DNA of 64,000 nt, from assembly GCA_052326485.1 (NCBI GenBank), contig JBKQMS010000009.1, forward strand, positions 8,206-72,205, read 5' to 3'. The notes beneath the pieces are model-generated. The model saw nothing but the letters and a program-made list of their open reading frames with translations, searched no databases and was not told the origin of the DNA. This DNA comes from Thermoplasmata archaeon. GTDB taxonomy: Archaea > Thermoplasmatota > Thermoplasmata > Lutacidiplasmatales > UBA184. The position numbers were made by a program, and so were the translations under genes. Of the stretch, positions 60,802 through 64,000 are shown piece after piece; within the stretch, counting starts at the first letter, position 1; every line of letters starts with the position of its first letter.

Positions 60802-63641
60802 AGGCGCGCGCGTCGCAAGGTGGGCACGAGCGGTGGAAGGTGCGGGAGGAGGAAACGCCCCGTGTGGGAGGCAGGAGCGCGCGCCACCTCCTCGGGGGAG
60901 CCTTGGGCCACCACGTGCCCGCCCTCGTTCCCGCCCTCGGGGCCGAGGTCGATCAGCCAGTCGGCCGACTTGAGCACGTCCACGTTGTGCTCAATGACGA
61001 CCACGGTGTTCCCGCCCGAGCGCAGCCGGAACAGCACCTCGAGCAGGCGCTCGACGTCGGCGAAGTGGAGGCCGGTCGTCGGCTCGTCGAGGAGGTAGAG
61101 GGTCTTGCCGGTCGGGGGTTTGGCGAGCTCGTAGGCGATTTTGATCCGCTGGGCCTCCCCGCCCGAGAGCGTGGTCGCGCTCTGTCCGAGCCGGATGTAC
61201 CCGAGACCGACATCGGAGAGGAGCTGGAGCCGGGAGGCGATGCGTCGGTGGTGCGCGAAGAAGGCGAGCGCCTCGCTCACCGACATGTCGAGGACGTCCG
61301 CGATCGCCTTCTCTTTGAACTTCACCTCGAGGGTCTCGGCGTTGAACCGCTTCCCGCGGCAACCCTCGCAGACCACGTAGACGTCGGGGAGGAAGTGCAT
61401 CTCGTAGCGGAGCACCCCGTCGCCCTCGCACGTCTCGCACCGCCCCCCGGCGACGTTGAAGCTGAACCGTCCGGGAGCGAACCCTCGCGCCTTCGCCTCG
61501 GGGAGACCGGCGAACAGCTCCCGGATCGGGGTCATCACACCCGTGTACGTGGCCGGGTTCGACCGGGGGGTCCGCCCGATGGGGGCCTGGTCGATGAGCA
61601 GGACCCGGTCGACCTCGTCGATCCCCTCGATGAAGTCGTGGCGTCCCGGGGTCTCGCGGCCCAGCCCGAGGTGCCGACGCACCGCTCGGTAGAGGATCTC
61701 CTGGAGGATCGTCGACTTGCCGCTTCCCGAGACCCCGGAGAGGCCAACGAGGAGACCGAGCGGGATCGCCACGTCGTCCCCCTTCAGGTTGTGCTCGCGG
61801 GGGCCGTGGATCGTCAAGAACCGGCGGCCGGGTGACAGGCGTCGTTCGGGCGTGGGAATCGAACGGGCTCCCGAAAGGAACGCCGCCGTCAGCGACCGAG
61901 GGGTCCCGGCGATCTGGTCGGGAGGACCGGAGTAGAGGAGCTCGCCCCCGAGGGTCCCGGCCCCGGGCCCGAGGTCGACGAGCCAGTCGGACTCCCGCAT
62001 CGTCATCTCGTCGTGCTCGACGACGAGCAGCGTGTTGCCGAGGTCGCGGAGCGTCTTGAGCGTGGAGAGCAGGCGGGCCTGGTCGCGGGGGTGGAGCCCG
62101 ATCGACGGCTCGTCGAGGATGTAGAGGACCCCGACGAGTCCCGAGCCGATCTGGGTCGCCAGCGCGATCCGCTCGGCCTCGCCGCCCGAGAGCGTTCCCG
62201 AGGCGCGGTCGAGGGTGATGTACGTGAGGCCGACGTTCTCGAGGAACCCGAGCCGGGCCCGGATCTCCCGTACTACCTGCCCGACGATCTGCTCGTCCCG
62301 CTCGGAGAGCGCGAGCGAGCGGAACATCTCGACCGACTCCGAGACCGTCATCGCGGTGACGTCGGCGATCGACTTCCCCTGGACCGTGACCGCGAGGCTC
62401 TCGGGCTTCAGCCGGCGCCCCCCGCACGCCCGGCAGGGAATGAAGGAAAGGAATCCGAGGTAGTACTCCTTCGCGCCCTCGCTCTTCGTCGTCCTCCACC
62501 GGCGTTCGAGAGCCGCGACGAGACCCTCGCGCAACCACCCGTTCACCCACCACTCTTCGGGGCGGTGGGTCGACTGACCGAGGCTCTTGTCGGCACCGTA
62601 CATCAGCGCCTTCCACCCCTTCTCGGAAAGCTCCCGGACGGGGTGACGCGGGTCGTAGTCGTACAGCTGGCCGAACCGGACGAGGGACGAGGTGGCGGGG
62701 GTGAGCCCCCAGACGTTGATCGCCTTCGTAAGCGGCTTCTCCTTGTTCGGGACGATACGGTCCGGGTCGGCGTGCAGCGTCGCTCCGATCCCGAGGCACT
62801 CCGGACAGGCCCCGAACGGGTTGTTGAACGAGAACATCCGGGGCGCGATCTCGTCCATCGAGAAACCGCAGATCGGGCACGCCCGACGGCTCGAGAAGAT
62901 CTGTCGCTCCCCGCGGGGCCGTCGGAGGACCACGAGACCATCGCCGAGGCTTCGGGCCAGCTCCACCGATTCCGCGAGACGGCTCTCCTCGGCCGGCGAG
63001 ACCTCGAAGCTGTCCACCACGACCTCGATCGTGTGCTTCTTGTTCTTCTCGAGCCGGATCTCCGAGCCCGGTAGCCGGACCTCCACTCCGTCGATGACGA
63101 ATCGGCGATAACCGGCCTTTCGCAGCTTGTCGATCACCTCGCGGTGCTCGCCTTTCTTCGCCTGGAGGACGGGGGCCAATAGGTCGACCTTTTCCCCGCT
63201 CGCCCGGGCCTTCACGGCGTCGACGATCCGGTCGACCGACTGCGGAGTGATCTCCTGCCCGTCGTTCGGACAGTGCGGGACTCCGATGCGGGCGAAGAGG
63301 AGGCGCAGGTAGTCGTGGATCTCGGTGACGGTGCCGACGGTCGAGCGCGGGTTCTTGCTGCCGGCCCGCTGCTCGATCGCAATCGCCGGAGCGAGGCCGT
63401 CGATCGAGTCGACGTCCGGCTTGTCCATCTGACCGAGGAACTGTCGGGCGTACGACGAGAGGCTCTCGATGTACCTCCGCTGGCCCTCGGCGTAGAGCGT
63501 GTCGAACGCGAGCGATGACTTGCCCGAGCCGCTCACGCCCGTGATGACGATGAACTTCCCGCGCGGGAGGTCGATCGAGACGTTCTTCAGGTTGTGCTGG
63601 CGCGCGCCGCGGACCCGGATGGTGTCGGATGGGTCGGCCAT
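60798..63641 (-). CDS. uvrA: Excinuclease ABC subunit A
   Basis: Two ABC modules (GVSGSGKSS and GVSGSGKST), zinc modules CxxC, and LSGGEAQR signatures. Confidence 0.95.
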   Translation of the reverse strand: MADPSDTIRVRGARQHNLKNVSIDLPRGKFIVITGVSGSGKSSLAFDTLYAEGQRRYIESLSSYARQFLGQMDKPDVDSIDGLAPAIAIEQRAGSKNPRSTVGTVTEIHDYLRLLFARIGVPHCPNDGQEITPQSVDRIVDAVKARASGEKVDLLAPVLQAKKGEHREVIDKLRKAGYRRFVIDGVEVRLPGSEIRLEKNKKHTIEVVVDSFEVSPAEESRLAESVELARSLGDGLVVLRRPRGERQIFSSRRACPICGFSMDEIAPRMFSFNNPFGACPECLGIGATLHADPDRIVPNKEKPLTKAINVWGLTPATSSLVRFGQLYDYDPRHPVRELSEKGWKALMYGADKSLGQSTHRPEEWWVNGWLREGLVAALERRWRTTKSEGAKEYYLGFLSFIPCRACGGRRLKPESLAVTVQGKSIADVTAMTVSESVEMFRSLALSERDEQIVGQVVREIRARLGFLENVGLTYITLDRASGTLSGGEAERIALATQIGSGLVGVLYILDEPSIGLHPRDQARLLSTLKTLRDLGNTLLVVEHDEMTMRESDWLVDLGPGAGTLGGELLYSGPPDQIAGTPRSLTAAFLSGARSIPTPERRLSPGRRFLTIHGPREHNLKGDDVAIPLGLLVGLSGVSGSGKSTILQEILYRAVRRHLGLGRETPGRHDFIEGIDEVDRVLLIDQAPIGRTPRSNPATYTGVMTPIRELFAGLPEAKARGFAPGRFSFNVAGGRCETCEGDGVLRYEMHFLPDVYVVCEGCRGKRFNAETLEVKFKEKAIADVLDMSVSEALAFFAHHRRIASRLQLLSDVGLGYIRLGQSATTLSGGEAQRIKIAYELAKPPTGKTLYLLDEPTTGLHFADVERLLEVLFRLRSGGNTVVVIEHNVDVLKSADWLIDLGPEGGNEGGHVVAQGSPEEVARAPASHTGRFLLPHLPPLVPTLRRARL

Positions 63642-63650
63642 GCTCCGGGC

Positions 63651-64000
63651 CTACGGTGGCAGGAGCGTCTGGACCGTCTCGACCAGGCGGTCGAGGACGT
63701 GGGCCTGCACCCGGGCCCCGATCTCGGCGGAGGCGTTCCTCGTGTCCCCGATCACGCTGTCCGGCCAGTCCTCCTCAGTCGGGCTCCCGGGGACGAACGG
63801 GCTGTGTCGGTACTCGACCACGGGACGGGCCGGGCCGATGGTCTCGGGAGCGATCGCCATCATCCGGGAGGTCTCGAGGAGGCCCGCGTGCCCGTCGTTG
63901 GGCGGCGACTCCTTTCCCCTTAGCTCGTACACGAAGTCGTAGTCGCAGAGCACGACGATGCGGGTCCCGGGGTGCGCTTGGACCGCGTGATCGGCGGCCT
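63651..64000 (-). CDS. Creatininase-family amidohydrolase (partial; N-terminus beyond the window)
   Basis: C-terminal part with the HAGLLETS motif. Its stop lies 9 nt upstream of the uvrA ATG. Confidence 0.7.
   Translation of the reverse strand, partial: AADHAVQAHPGTRIVVLCDYDFVYELRGKESPPNDGHAGLLETSRMMAIAPETIGPARPVVEYRHSPFVPGSPTEEDWPDSVIGDTRNASAEIGARVQAHVLDRLVETVQTLLPP

Noticed and set aside
60991-62880. 629-aa minus-strand ORF and several 300-500-aa plus-strand ORFs overlapping uvrA/uvrC.
   Set aside because: They are alternative or antisense frames of unmistakable uvrA and uvrC. Their composition is Arg/Pro/Gly-dominated.
1-64000. Search for CRISPR arrays, rRNA genes, IS elements, integrases, and tRNA-flanked integrated elements (duplicated tRNA 3' halves as att sites).
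   Set aside because: By eye I found no regularly spaced direct repeats, no rRNA-like conserved strings, no transposase or integrase motifs, and no second copy of the 3' parts of the Ala, Thr or Gln tRNAs. A computational repeat search would be more sensitive.

Overview
This is a dense, high-G+C archaeal chromosomal segment. Both strands are coding, intergenic gaps are short, and TATA-like boxes often sit about 25 nt upstream of start codons or tRNA 5' ends. The gene content suggests a Thermoplasmatota-like euryarchaeon; this is inference only. The supporting genes are membrane-type LonB, proteasome alpha, archaeal NMN adenylyltransferase, Tsr3, a giant thermopsin-type surface protein, a BHB-intron tRNA and UvrA/UvrC. 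I call about 70 CDS and 3 tRNAs: Ala-CGC, Thr-CGT, and an intron-containing Gln-CTG that the ORF track cannot show. I also call a few promoter and terminator candidates. I saw no rRNA, CRISPR array, integrase or transposase. Most genes are housekeeping, metabolic, proteolytic or DNA-repair genes. Four parts are least explained. (i) 20.0-28.3 kb is an accessory-looking block framed by two paralogous Walker-A-less KaiC/RecA-like genes, with a divergent HTH_10 regulator and a possible PD-(D/E)xK-like partner. (ii) Small Cys-rich ORFs appear translationally coupled to lon (GTGA overlap) and folD (TTGA overlap). (iii) A membrane double-zinc-ribbon protein is coupled to RNase HI. (iv) Two stretches of about 0.5 kb (9.7-10.2 kb and 16.3-16.9 kb) have no convincing gene. 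Many very long ORFs in the track are antisense artefacts of stop-codon depletion in GC-rich DNA. All family assignments come from motif recognition by eye and recalled alignments, not from database searches.
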